Numbered from the stretch's first letter, positions 9,390-17,273 are shown. The stretch: DNA of 49,130 nucleotides from an uncultured Candidatus Saccharibacteria bacterium (GCA_964592725.1 CAZQFQ010000002.1:1-49130); one strand, 5' to 3'. The notes: generated from the sequence alone by a model not told the origin. Translations and numbers: made by a program.

Positions 9390-9494
9390 AGCAAGTATTT
9401 CAAGGCTATTTGAGTTATCTACTGCCTGGGTCTGGACACCTCTCCCTTTAACTGGCATTCCTTGTAGTAGAGACTATTAAAAGAAAGGAATAAA

Positions 9495-10844
9495 ATGCAA
9501 GGAATTACAACGATTCCAGCCATGGGGACGGCAACCAACATAACCGTGGCATCGACAATAGCGGCGATACCGGCCAGCTACTGCCTGTACGCCAGAAAAA
9601 GTACGGAACAGGATGAGCGGCAGGCTTTGAGCATCGACAGCCAGATTAAAGAGATGCTGGAGCTGGCAAACCGAGACGGTTTAAATGTAACCGAGGTTCG
9701 TAAGGAAAGTTACAGCGCCAAAGACTCAGGTCAGCGTCCGGTGTTCAACAGCATTATCGCCGACATTCGCAGCGGCAAATTTAACAGCATCCTGACCTGG
9801 GCGCCGGACAGGTGCAGCAGGAACGCCGGGGACTTGGGAGTCTTGGTAGACCTGATGGATCAAGGACTGCTGAAAGAAATCCGAACTCACGGCCAGAGGT
9901 TCAGCAACAACCCAAACGAAAAATTTCTACTGATGATTTTATGCAGCCAAGCCAAATTGGAAAATGACAACAAAAGTTTAAACGTTAAGCGCGGACTTCG
10001 GGCCAAGCTAGAACTAGGCCTCTGGCCTGGGACGGCACCGACCGGCTACCTCAATGAATATAGGACAGACCGCAAGGGCCACCTCTTAGTAGACCACCAG
10101 CGAGCCCCCATAATCAGGCAGATGTTTGAAAAAGTGGGTAACCAAAGCTTAAGCGGCAGACAGGTATATATCTGGCTGAAAGAAACAGATTTTAAAACCA
10201 AAGGCGGCAAACACTTAAGCCTCAGTAATATTTATCTAATTTTAAAAAACAGCTTCTATAGTGGTGTGGTGGAATACCCAGTCGGCAGCGGTAAGTGGTA
10301 TACCGGTAAGCACACCCCACTTATTTCTAAAGAGCTGTTTGAAAAGGTGCAGGAGCGGCTAACACGGGATCATGTGGTCAGGGTTAGCAAGGAGTTTGCC
10401 TTTACCAAGCTAATGACCTGTGGGGTATGCGGCTCTGGCATCTCAGCCGAGGAAAAACATAAAGTATACAAAAACGGTACGGAAAAAACTTATGTTTACT
10501 ACGGTTGCTGCAGGTCTAAATCCAGGGAAAAAAGCTGCGGGTCCGGCTATATCCAAGAGGGTGAACTGGTGAGCCAGCTAGCCAAGATTATAGACCAAAT
10601 TGACATCAACGAACTGGGGATGAAGGCTAAGCTGGAAGAAGAAATCAAGCGAGCAAAATATCTACAGACCACAGTCCTAGGTATGGAAGCCAAAGCCGAA
10701 GACCCAGATATAGAGCAGGTCGATGTTAGGACTTACGCTAAACATATTATTAAGCATGGTAGCCTGATCGACAAGCGCGAACTGTTGGGGTGCCTAAAGA
10801 CCAAGTTATTTTTAACTCACAAAGTGCTGAGCCTACAAAAGTAG
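9495..10844 (+). CDS. large serine recombinase/integrase
   Basis: 449 aa. Resolvase catalytic domain (YCLYARKSTEQDERQALSIDSQ), a recombinase domain and a Cys-rich zinc ribbon (CGVCGSG...YYGCCRSKS). AAAGGAA lies upstream of the ATG. Confidence 0.9.
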   Translation: MQGITTIPAMGTATNITVASTIAAIPASYCLYARKSTEQDERQALSIDSQIKEMLELANRDGLNVTEVRKESYSAKDSGQRPVFNSIIADIRSGKFNSILTWAPDRCSRNAGDLGVLVDLMDQGLLKEIRTHGQRFSNNPNEKFLLMILCSQAKLENDNKSLNVKRGLRAKLELGLWPGTAPTGYLNEYRTDRKGHLLVDHQRAPIIRQMFEKVGNQSLSGRQVYIWLKETDFKTKGGKHLSLSNIYLILKNSFYSGVVEYPVGSGKWYTGKHTPLISKELFEKVQERLTRDHVVRVSKEFAFTKLMTCGVCGSGISAEEKHKVYKNGTEKTYVYYGCCRSKSREKSCGSGYIQEGELVSQLAKIIDQIDINELGMKAKLEEEIKRAKYLQTTVLGMEAKAEDPDIEQVDVRTYAKHIIKHGSLIDKRELLGCLKTKLFLTHKVLSLQK

Positions 10845-10868
10845 GAGAGCAAAAAAGATAGACAAAAA

Positions 10869-10896
10869 ATTACAGGCAAACACCTGTAATTTTTTC
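10869..10896 (+). terminator. intrinsic terminator after the recombinase gene
   Basis: ATTACAGG-CAAACA-CCTGTAAT followed by T5. Confidence 0.8.
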
Positions 10897-11041
10897 TGTA
10901 GAAATAAATTTTAGCTTCCAACTTTTTTTATCGTGATTTTGGTTCGTACCCTAGAGGGGTGAGCAATAACGCACTTAGGACTAGAACTGATTTTCGGGCT
11001 TATTTATGACGCCCGTCGGTCTGTACGATAAGAAAAGTTGG

Positions 11042-11116
11042 TGGCTGGGGCGGTAGGGATCGAACCTACGAATGGGGGCTTCAAAGGCCCCTGCCTTACC
11101 GCTTGGCTACGCCCCA
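11042..11116 (-). tRNA. tRNA-Gln (anticodon UUG), CCA encoded
   Basis: Cloverleaf read by eye: acceptor TGGGGCG/CGCCCCA, anticodon stem GGGGC/GCCCC with loop CTTTGAA, T arm GTAGG-TTCGATC-CCTAC, then G-CCA. Confidence 0.9.
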
Positions 11117-11213
11117 AGGACAAAACGATTAACGATTAACAATTTACAATTAACTTAGGCAACTGATATATTATAAAATAAATTTGTGAAAAAGGAAAGG
11201 CCTCAAGGTAAAC

Positions 11214-12029
11214 ATGGAACCGTGGTATAATCAAATTATGAACTTAATTGATGAACTAACAAAACTGGAGCCTGTATTTATACAAGCCGGGCAAATGGCT
11301 GTTAAAATGCAGGGCGCGGCGAAGCATCACAATAAAACCAATACCGGCCATAATGTGGTGGATATTGTAACCGAAGCGGATTTGGCAGTGCAAGAGTTTT
11401 TGTTGGGAGAGATGGCAAAAACTGATTTAGCGGATTGCCGACTTTTGGCTGAAGAAGATACCGCTTTGACTTCTAAGTTTGCCGGAAAAAATGGTTACTA
11501 CTTGGCAATAGACCCCATTGACGGAACGGCCATTTATGCCAGAGGCGGCAAAACCTTTAATACCATTATCTCCATGCATAATGGAAAAAGTCTGCTTTAT
11601 ACTTTTGAATATTTTCCAATTCTCGGCTGGACTCAAAAAATTATAGAAAAAACTTATTCGTCTATTGGGGTTCAACCAAAATTTGAATCCTCATTTGCAG
11701 ATAAAGGCGTAATTCTTTATTACAGCGGCAGCCCCGAAAAAACCATACCCGATATTTATCAAAACCTTACAGGCAAAGGCCTTAAATTCGTCAATTGCAT
11801 AGAAACACTGGATGACATCCAAGGACAGGCTATGTTTATTTGTAAGCAAGTGGCCGGTTTTTATATTGAAAACCCAAACGCTTACGATGGTTTGGTGGCT
11901 CTCCATGCATCATTAGCCACAAACCGCAGAATTTATTCTGGTGGCCCTGGCGGGCATTTAGACTTTGCCAACATTCAACGACGTGAGACAGGCTTTTATT
12001 ATCCCGGCTACTACTTAGTTTTAAACTAA
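11214..12029 (+). CDS. inositol monophosphatase-family phosphatase
   Basis: VTEADLAVQEFL and YLAIDPIDGT motifs. 271 aa. Confidence 0.8.
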   Translation: MEPWYNQIMNLIDELTKLEPVFIQAGQMAVKMQGAAKHHNKTNTGHNVVDIVTEADLAVQEFLLGEMAKTDLADCRLLAEEDTALTSKFAGKNGYYLAIDPIDGTAIYARGGKTFNTIISMHNGKSLLYTFEYFPILGWTQKIIEKTYSSIGVQPKFESSFADKGVILYYSGSPEKTIPDIYQNLTGKGLKFVNCIETLDDIQGQAMFICKQVAGFYIENPNAYDGLVALHASLATNRRIYSGGPGGHLDFANIQRRETGFYYPGYYLVLN

Positions 12030-12115
12030 TACGGGCTGACTCTTTATTAAAATCATTTCCACTTGGTCAAATAAGGTTAGCCAAAATTATCGATTTAATT
12101 AAATTGGATTCAAAA

Positions 12116-12143
12116 AAGCGCCCCGAAAGGAAGTGCTTTTTTT
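12116..12143 (+). terminator. intrinsic terminator after the IMPase-family gene
   Basis: AAGCGC...GTGCTT stem with an inner CC-GAAA-GG, followed by T7. Confidence 0.6.
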
Positions 12144-12158
12144 GTTTGATTAAAAAGG

Positions 12159-12167
12159 TGGTATAAT
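12159..12167 (+). promoter_or_regulatory. extended -10 box (TGgTATAAT) 6 nt upstream of ATG 12174, implying a leaderless mRNA
   Basis: ggTGgTATAATtaaagtATG. Confidence 0.45.
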
Positions 12168-12173
12168 TAAAGT

Positions 12174-12551
12174 ATGGATCCCGAAAAAGATTTATCAAAA
12201 AAAATAGAGCTTTACCAGAGCGTGGCTAAAGAGAATCCTAATGTGGATGTGGGGATGTTGATGTTAAACGCCCTGCAGAACGAGGACAAAAATAAGGTTT
12301 CGTCCAAAATGAAGCGGTGGTCGTATTTAGTTTCCCTGGCCGCCCCGCCTTTTGGCCTGCTGTTTGCCTTAAAACTTTTTTTGAGCGACGAGGACGACGC
12401 CAAAGACGTAGCCTGGATTTGCGTCACGCTCACAGCCGTGTCCGTGCTAATATTTGCAATCGGATTTAAGCTAATGATGTCCAGCGCGGGGACGAACATG
12501 AGCCAAATTGAAAAAATCACCCCGCAGCAGATTCAGGAGCTGGGACAGTAA
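12174..12551 (+). CDS. hypothetical membrane protein (2 predicted TM helices)
   Basis: 125-aa ORF with hydrophobic segments SLAAPPFGLLFALKLFL and CVTLTAVSVLIFAIGFKLMM. Confidence 0.6.
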   Translation: MDPEKDLSKKIELYQSVAKENPNVDVGMLMLNALQNEDKNKVSSKMKRWSYLVSLAAPPFGLLFALKLFLSDEDDAKDVAWICVTLTAVSVLIFAIGFKLMMSSAGTNMSQIEKITPQQIQELGQ

Positions 12552-12571
12552 ATTCAAGAACATTCTGTCCC

Positions 12572-12595
12572 CATCTCTCCTCTTGAGGAGAGATG
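12572..12595. repeat. perfect 11-2-11 palindrome CATCTCTCCTC-TT-GAGGAGAGATG
   Basis: Read directly. Lies between convergent genes. Confidence 0.8.
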
Positions 12596-12639
12596 TCGCG
12601 AATGCATCTGAGCGACAGAGAGGTTGCAGTATAAGACAA

Positions 12640-12672
12640 CCACTCCCTAACCCTCCCCTCAGAAGGGGAGGG
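12640..12672. repeat. intergenic copy, inverted, of the GGGAGAGGG-type palindromic element
   Basis: Reverse complement reads CCCTCCCCT-TCTG-AGGGGAGGG-TTAGGGAGTGG. This is the same architecture as the copies inside rsmH, rnhA, recJ and eno. Confidence 0.65.
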
Positions 12673-12688
12673 AAAACTGCACTGATAT

Positions 12689-14425
12689 TTATTTTCCCGC
12701 CGGCCGTGTCGGCGGGATTTGCATATAGTTTAAAAGAAACTGGGCGAGCTGGCCCCAAACCGGAGCCGCGGTGCTTTCCGCGAAAGCCACGTCGCGCGGA
12801 TGGTCAATCCTAATAAGCATCACAAACCGCGGATTGTCCACCGGCGCGTAGCCGATAAACGACCCAATGTTGTCGTTGGCAATATATTTGCCGTCCGGAC
12901 CCGCGACCTGCGCCGTGCCGGTCTTGCCGGCGACATAATATCCGGACACGCCGGCTTTTTTTCCTTCACCGTTTTCCACATCATCCACCAGCATACCGGA
13001 AACCGTACCGGCCGCGGCGGGAGAAACAACCTGCCCTAAAGCCGTGGGCTGGGTATTTTTTACTGTACCATCCGGGTAAATTTCAGACTGCACAAGGTAT
13101 GGCTTCATCATTTTTCCGCCGTTGGCCAGGGCCGAATAAGCCTCCAGCATTTGAATCGGGGTCACGGTAATCCCCTGCCCGAAACTCGCGGTATCGTAAT
13201 TCACCTGGATATTGCTGTTAAGGCCGCTTAAATTCCCCACCGCTTCCGGCAACTCAATTCCGGTGGCCTGGCCAAAGCCAAAAGCTTTAACATATTTTAA
13301 AAACTCCTGATTGCCGAGCTGGTTCTCCGCGTAAATAGCCCCTGTGTTCAGGGAAAAATCTATAACCTGGGTCATGCTCTGGACGCCGCGCGCGCCGGGC
13401 AGGGCGTTTTTGATGGTAAAATTATCAACCTTAACCTGTCCCGTATCCGTGTAGGTGGAAGTCGCCGAAACCTTGCCCTGGTCTATGGCCGCGGCCATAG
13501 TGATAGCCTTAAAAGTGGAGCCGGGTTCGTAGTTGCCGGTTACCGCCTCGCTGTTAAAAAGATTCGGGTCCGTGACTTTGCCGTAATTGTTGGGGTCAAA
13601 ATCGGGATAATTGGCAATGGCCAAAATCGCGCCGGTTTTAGGGTCGGCCACAATTACACTGCCGCCGTCCGCGCCGTTTTTGGTTACAGCGTCCTGTAAA
13701 ACGCTTTGGGCTTGGAACTGAACGGTCTTGTCAACGGTCAAAATTAAATTCACGCCGTCTTGGGCCGGCTTCTCGTTCATGGTCGCGCCAAAAATTTGCG
13801 CGCCCGAAGGATCCTGCTCGGCCACCAGCTGGCCGGGAGTACCGCTAAGCTCCGTGTTAAAATATCTTTCCAGGCCGTAAAGGCCGGCCTTTTGACCCGC
13901 GTAGTTGTAGCCGACAAAACCCAAAGTCTGGCTTAACAAATTATTTAGCGGATAGACCCGGGTGTCTTCGGAATCAAAATAAATTCCGGGCAATGCCAGC
14001 TGTTTGATTTTTTGCTGTTCCTGGTCCGTTAACTGTTTTTTTAACGGGACATATTTTTTGCCGCTTTCGTTAATTTTTGACAGCACATCTTTTGGATCCA
14101 TATTCAAAACGGAAGCGAGGCTGTCCGCGGTTAAATTCGGATTTAAAATATCGCCCGGCACCGCGTAAACCAAATAACTTTTAGCATTGGTAGCCACCGG
14201 AATGGTGCTGTTGGAAAATTGATCAACCAGCTCAATTTGCCCGCGGCTGGGATATAATTCCTGATAGATGCTGTGCTGCTGGTCGGCTTCCTGCCGCGCC
14301 CGGGCGCCGTTAATTACCTCCAAATAAAAAAGCCGGTAAACAACCGCGGCAAAAAACAGCAATAAAAAAGCAGTCAAAAGGCCGCTTCTGGAGTTAAAGG
14401 AACTTTGGGCTGTTTTACGGACCAT
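12689..14425 (-). CDS. ftsI: penicillin-binding protein 2 / FtsI-type transpeptidase
   Basis: N-terminal TM helix. Motifs PGSTFK, SLN and KTGTA. Occupies the last dcw position after mraZ, rsmH and the ftsL-like gene. Confidence 0.88.
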   Translation of the reverse strand: MVRKTAQSSFNSRSGLLTAFLLLFFAAVVYRLFYLEVINGARARQEADQQHSIYQELYPSRGQIELVDQFSNSTIPVATNAKSYLVYAVPGDILNPNLTADSLASVLNMDPKDVLSKINESGKKYVPLKKQLTDQEQQKIKQLALPGIYFDSEDTRVYPLNNLLSQTLGFVGYNYAGQKAGLYGLERYFNTELSGTPGQLVAEQDPSGAQIFGATMNEKPAQDGVNLILTVDKTVQFQAQSVLQDAVTKNGADGGSVIVADPKTGAILAIANYPDFDPNNYGKVTDPNLFNSEAVTGNYEPGSTFKAITMAAAIDQGKVSATSTYTDTGQVKVDNFTIKNALPGARGVQSMTQVIDFSLNTGAIYAENQLGNQEFLKYVKAFGFGQATGIELPEAVGNLSGLNSNIQVNYDTASFGQGITVTPIQMLEAYSALANGGKMMKPYLVQSEIYPDGTVKNTQPTALGQVVSPAAAGTVSGMLVDDVENGEGKKAGVSGYYVAGKTGTAQVAGPDGKYIANDNIGSFIGYAPVDNPRFVMLIRIDHPRDVAFAESTAAPVWGQLAQFLLNYMQIPPTRPAGK

Positions 14426-14510
14426 TGTGGAAATAGTTATTGGTTTTAAGTCGTGGCGGCCGGTACAGTCATAAGGTAGAAGTTATAGGGCAACACCGAC
14501 TTACTAGAAA

Positions 14511-14674
14511 TAAGAACCTATTTTAAAAATAATTTGTAGGCGAAATTACAGGATTTTGAGCGGATTGGCCCTTAACAAATTTTGACGTTTAGCCGAAGCT
14601 AAGCGGAAAAATTTTTAAGGCCAAGACGCCAAAATCCTGGAATTGCAGCCCGAAGGATTTTTAAAATAGGTTCT
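14511..14674. repeat. B-family long hairpin element, copy 1 (~165 nt)
   Basis: Core 14523-14664 aligns with 31078-31220. The outer 13-bp stem is AGAACCTATTTTA/TAAAATAGGTTCT. Lies between the ftsL-like stop and the ftsI start. Confidence 0.8.
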
Positions 14675-14726
14675 AACTTATTACCATACCAGCCGCCGCA
14701 ACCTACAACCTATTACTTCCCCAAAG

Positions 14727-15101
14727 CTATCTCTCCGCGACCAGCGGAGCCTGCAAAAAACTTGGCGTTCCCGCCGGAACAAAACCCGCGGCTAAAAAGT
14801 CATTCTGAATTTGCACCATGGACGAAGCTTCGGAAACCTGCAGGGTAATGGCTTTATTGCTGTCACTTAGGCCGCTTAACTGCTTTTGCAGCAATTCAAT
14901 TTGATAACCGGTATTGGCAAACTGGTTGGCGCCGTAAATATAGCTCATTAGCAAAAATGCGTTTGCGGCGATAAGCGTTACGGAAAACCAAAACCTGAAA
15001 GCGCTGTAACGGCTTTCGGTTTTTTTAATTACATGGATTGCCGAAGTTTTGCGGGCGGAAAGCGGCGGCCAAAAATTATCTAAAGCTAGAGCTTTTAACA
15101 T
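14727..15101 (-). CDS. FtsL-like single-pass membrane protein (by position)
   Basis: 124 aa with one TM helix, then a coiled-coil-like segment (IELLQKQLSGL). Sits between rsmH and ftsI. Confidence 0.45.
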   Translation of the reverse strand: MLKALALDNFWPPLSARKTSAIHVIKKTESRYSAFRFWFSVTLIAANAFLLMSYIYGANQFANTGYQIELLQKQLSGLSDSNKAITLQVSEASSMVQIQNDFLAAGFVPAGTPSFLQAPLVAER

Positions 15102-15182
15102 AGTCGTTAATTTTTATTTATAATTTTTATCTTTATTTTTTGTTTAACGCTTTTTTGGGTTTTGATTTTTATTTTCATAAAG

Positions 15183-15283
15183 AAATCGAATCAGCGAATT
15201 AGACGAATCTGCGAATGGCTGCGAATCAACGGATCTCAAATTCGTTGTCATTCGCAGATTCGTTCCATTCGTATATTCGATTT
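15183..15283. repeat. A-family ~100-nt palindromic element, copy A1
   Basis: AAATCGAAT...ATTCGATTT termini built from CGAAT/ATTCG words. Ends 1 nt before the rsmH stop codon. Confidence 0.85.
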
Positions 15284-15284
15284 A

Positions 15285-16226
15285 TTAAAATTTAATTATC
15301 GCCCTTAACTTTGCCGGCTTGCTTTTTGGGTTATGCGCTAATTCGTGCGAATTAGCCGTTACCGGTTTTTTTGTCAAAATTTTGCCTTTTGGATTTCGGC
15401 CGCACAAGCATTGGGGAAATTCCGGCGGACAAATACAGCCTTTGGTTAGTCCGACAAAAAACTGTTTGACGATTCTGTCTTCCAGAGAATGAAAGCTGAC
15501 GACAACCAGCCGTCCGCCGGGAACTAATAAATCAAAGGCTTTTGGCAAAAATTCGGAAAGATTTTCCAACTCATGATTCACTTCTATTCTTAATGCCTGG
15601 AATATTCTTCTGGCGCTGTCATCAGCTTTGTGCTTAACCGGCTTGGGCAGAGCTTCGACAATTATCTGATAAAGCTGATATGTGTGTTTTATTTCTATTT
15701 TATTTCCCCTATTTCTCAATATCCTTCTCGCAATTTGCTTAGAAAATTTCTCCTCGCCGTAATCTTCAAAAATTTTTACCAATCTCTTTTCGTCGTAATT
15801 ATTTAAAATAAACTTCGCGTCCAATTGTTGTGACAAGTCAAACCTCATATCCAGAGGCTGGTTGGTCTGAAAGCTTATTCCGCGGTGTTCCAATTCATAG
15901 GATGACAATCCCAAGTCCGCGACAATTCCATCCGGCGCCGGAAAATTATGATGTTTGATGATTTTATCAACGTGCGCAAAATTTCCCTGTTCAGTTATCA
16001 CCCTCTCCCTCTTGGAGAGGGTCAGGGTGAGGGTCTTAAAATTCTCAACCGCATCCTTATCCAAATCAATCGCCAACAATTTCCCGGTTTCACCAATTTC
16101 TTTTAATACCGCTGATGTATAACCACCTCCACCCAGCGTGGCGTCTACGATATTTTGACCCGGCTTAGGATCCAGGTATTCAAGAACTTCGTTCAGTAAT
16201 ACCGGAGTATGTTCATAATTTTGCAT
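15285..16226 (-). CDS. rsmH: 16S rRNA (cytosine1402-N4)-methyltransferase RsmH
   Basis: HTPVLLNEVLEYL, DATLGGGGYT, DLGLSSYELE and SFHSLEDRIVK. Confidence 0.9.
   Translation of the reverse strand: MQNYEHTPVLLNEVLEYLDPKPGQNIVDATLGGGGYTSAVLKEIGETGKLLAIDLDKDAVENFKTLTLTLSKRERVITEQGNFAHVDKIIKHHNFPAPDGIVADLGLSSYELEHRGISFQTNQPLDMRFDLSQQLDAKFILNNYDEKRLVKIFEDYGEEKFSKQIARRILRNRGNKIEIKHTYQLYQIIVEALPKPVKHKADDSARRIFQALRIEVNHELENLSEFLPKAFDLLVPGGRLVVVSFHSLEDRIVKQFFVGLTKGCICPPEFPQCLCGRNPKGKILTKKPVTANSHELAHNPKSKPAKLRAIIKF
15999..16035 (-). repeat. in-frame GGGAGAGGG-type palindromic element inside rsmH
   Basis: CACCCTCTCC-CTCTT-GGAGAGGG-TCAGGGTGAGGGTC, translated as ...KTLTLTLSKRERVITE... Confidence 0.75.
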
Positions 16227-16252
16227 TTAATTAATTTAAAAAGATTTTATAA

Positions 16253-16486
16253 TCAAATAGCATTGCAAAATTTTAGTAAAACCCATCTTATATGCCACTC
16301 CTCAAACCATACCCCTGTGTAATTGCAGGTAGCACTAAATGTAACATTTTGGTTTTGGGGCAAATCGTAATCACTCCAAAAAAATTTCAAACCAGAATCA
16401 GAAGCTTTAAGATAAATAACAGTCAATAATATTAAAGCTACCAAGACACCGACTACTGTCCAAAAAGTTTTAAATTTTTTATACAT
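16253..16486 (-). CDS. small hypothetical membrane protein
   Basis: 77-aa ORF with one TM helix, between mraZ and rsmH. No SD seen. Confidence 0.4.
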   Translation of the reverse strand: MYKKFKTFWTVVGVLVALILLTVIYLKASDSGLKFFWSDYDLPQNQNVTFSATCNYTGVWFEEWHIRWVLLKFCNAI

Positions 16487-16607
16487 TTAAATTCTTATTG
16501 AACGTTCGAGATGAACCCCTCCGATAACCTGGATTTAGACTTTTGCTTATTTCTGGATCCCGGATATTTTTTACGATTGATGATATGCTTTAGCGTAAAA
16601 AATTCCG

Positions 16608-16688
16608 GGATGACACAGCTGTGTCATTGCGAGGAGTGCATCCGACGAAGCAATCCCATTAAAGTTCGCTTCGGCTGCACTCGCGATG
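16608..16688. repeat. REP-like palindromes: TGACACAGCTGTGTCA plus GTCATTGCGAGGAGTGCATCCGACGAAGC...GCTTCGGCTGCACTCGCGATGAC
   Basis: Inverted arms read directly. The arms are related to the arms of the 128-nt element inside recJ (GTCATCCTGAGGGAGTGCATCCGA). Confidence 0.7.
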
Positions 16689-16697
16689 ACAGACAAG

Positions 16698-17129
16698 CTA
16701 AACTCCCAAGCTCCCCAACTGTTCCGCTATCTGGTTAGACGCCGCTTCCGTTTGCGCTTTGTACGCGGTCCACAATTCTTCGCTCCAAATTTCTATACGA
16801 TTGTATAAACCGGCTACAATTACTTTTTTGCTGATTTTGGCAAAAGTTTTTAAGTAACCGGGGATGATTATGCGGCCTTGTTTGTCTATTTCGCAATCCA
16901 TGGCGCCGGCCAGCATCAGCCGGGAAAAAGCGCGCGTGTTGGCGGTAGAAATTGGGAGACTAGCCAACTTGGTCGCGAGCTTTTTCCATTCTTCTAAACC
17001 ATATAAAAACAGTGAATTATCCAACCCTCTGGTAACAACAACTTTTGATTTCAAACTCGGGCGAAACTTGGCCGGAATGGAAATTCTGCCTTTGTCGTCA
17101 ATGCTTGCCTGATATTCGCCGATGAACAT
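16698..17129 (-). CDS. mraZ: transcriptional regulator MraZ
   Basis: 143 aa. Duplicated halves carry DDKGRISIP and DKQGRIIIP. Confidence 0.9.
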   Translation of the reverse strand: MFIGEYQASIDDKGRISIPAKFRPSLKSKVVVTRGLDNSLFLYGLEEWKKLATKLASLPISTANTRAFSRLMLAGAMDCEIDKQGRIIIPGYLKTFAKISKKVIVAGLYNRIEIWSEELWTAYKAQTEAASNQIAEQLGSLGV

Positions 17130-17133
17130 ATAT

Positions 17134-17251
17134 TCACAGATACACTGATGGGAACAGATGCCACAGATTCTAAACTACGGCAACTGTCTAATTAGTAAAT
17201 GATTTTTGATCTCAAAAACTGTGCCGTCTGTGTTATCCGTGTATCTGTGGA
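17134..17251 (-). repeat. unique long hairpin occupying most of the mraZ 5' UTR
   Basis: CACAGATACAC...GTGTATCTGTG outer stem, with further imperfect pairing built from CACAG/CTGTG words. Confidence 0.6.
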
Positions 17252-17273
17252 CAATAAAATATCCACAGGACTT

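Noticed and set aside
1-11041. Second att site, a partial copy of the tRNA-Gln 3' end, inside the window
   Set aside because: I found no repeat of the 11042-11070 sequence by eye. This cannot be excluded without a computed search, and the island's far boundary may lie beyond position 1.
12471-12813. ORFs crossing the 12552-12688 intergenic region on both strands
   Set aside because: They translate the palindromic repeats and the antisense of the ftsI 3' end.
16511-16738. 75-aa plus-strand ORF in the mraZ-rsmH spacer
   Set aside because: It is a translation of REP-like palindromes (CHCEECIRRSNP...) and overlaps the mraZ 3' end. There is no RBS.
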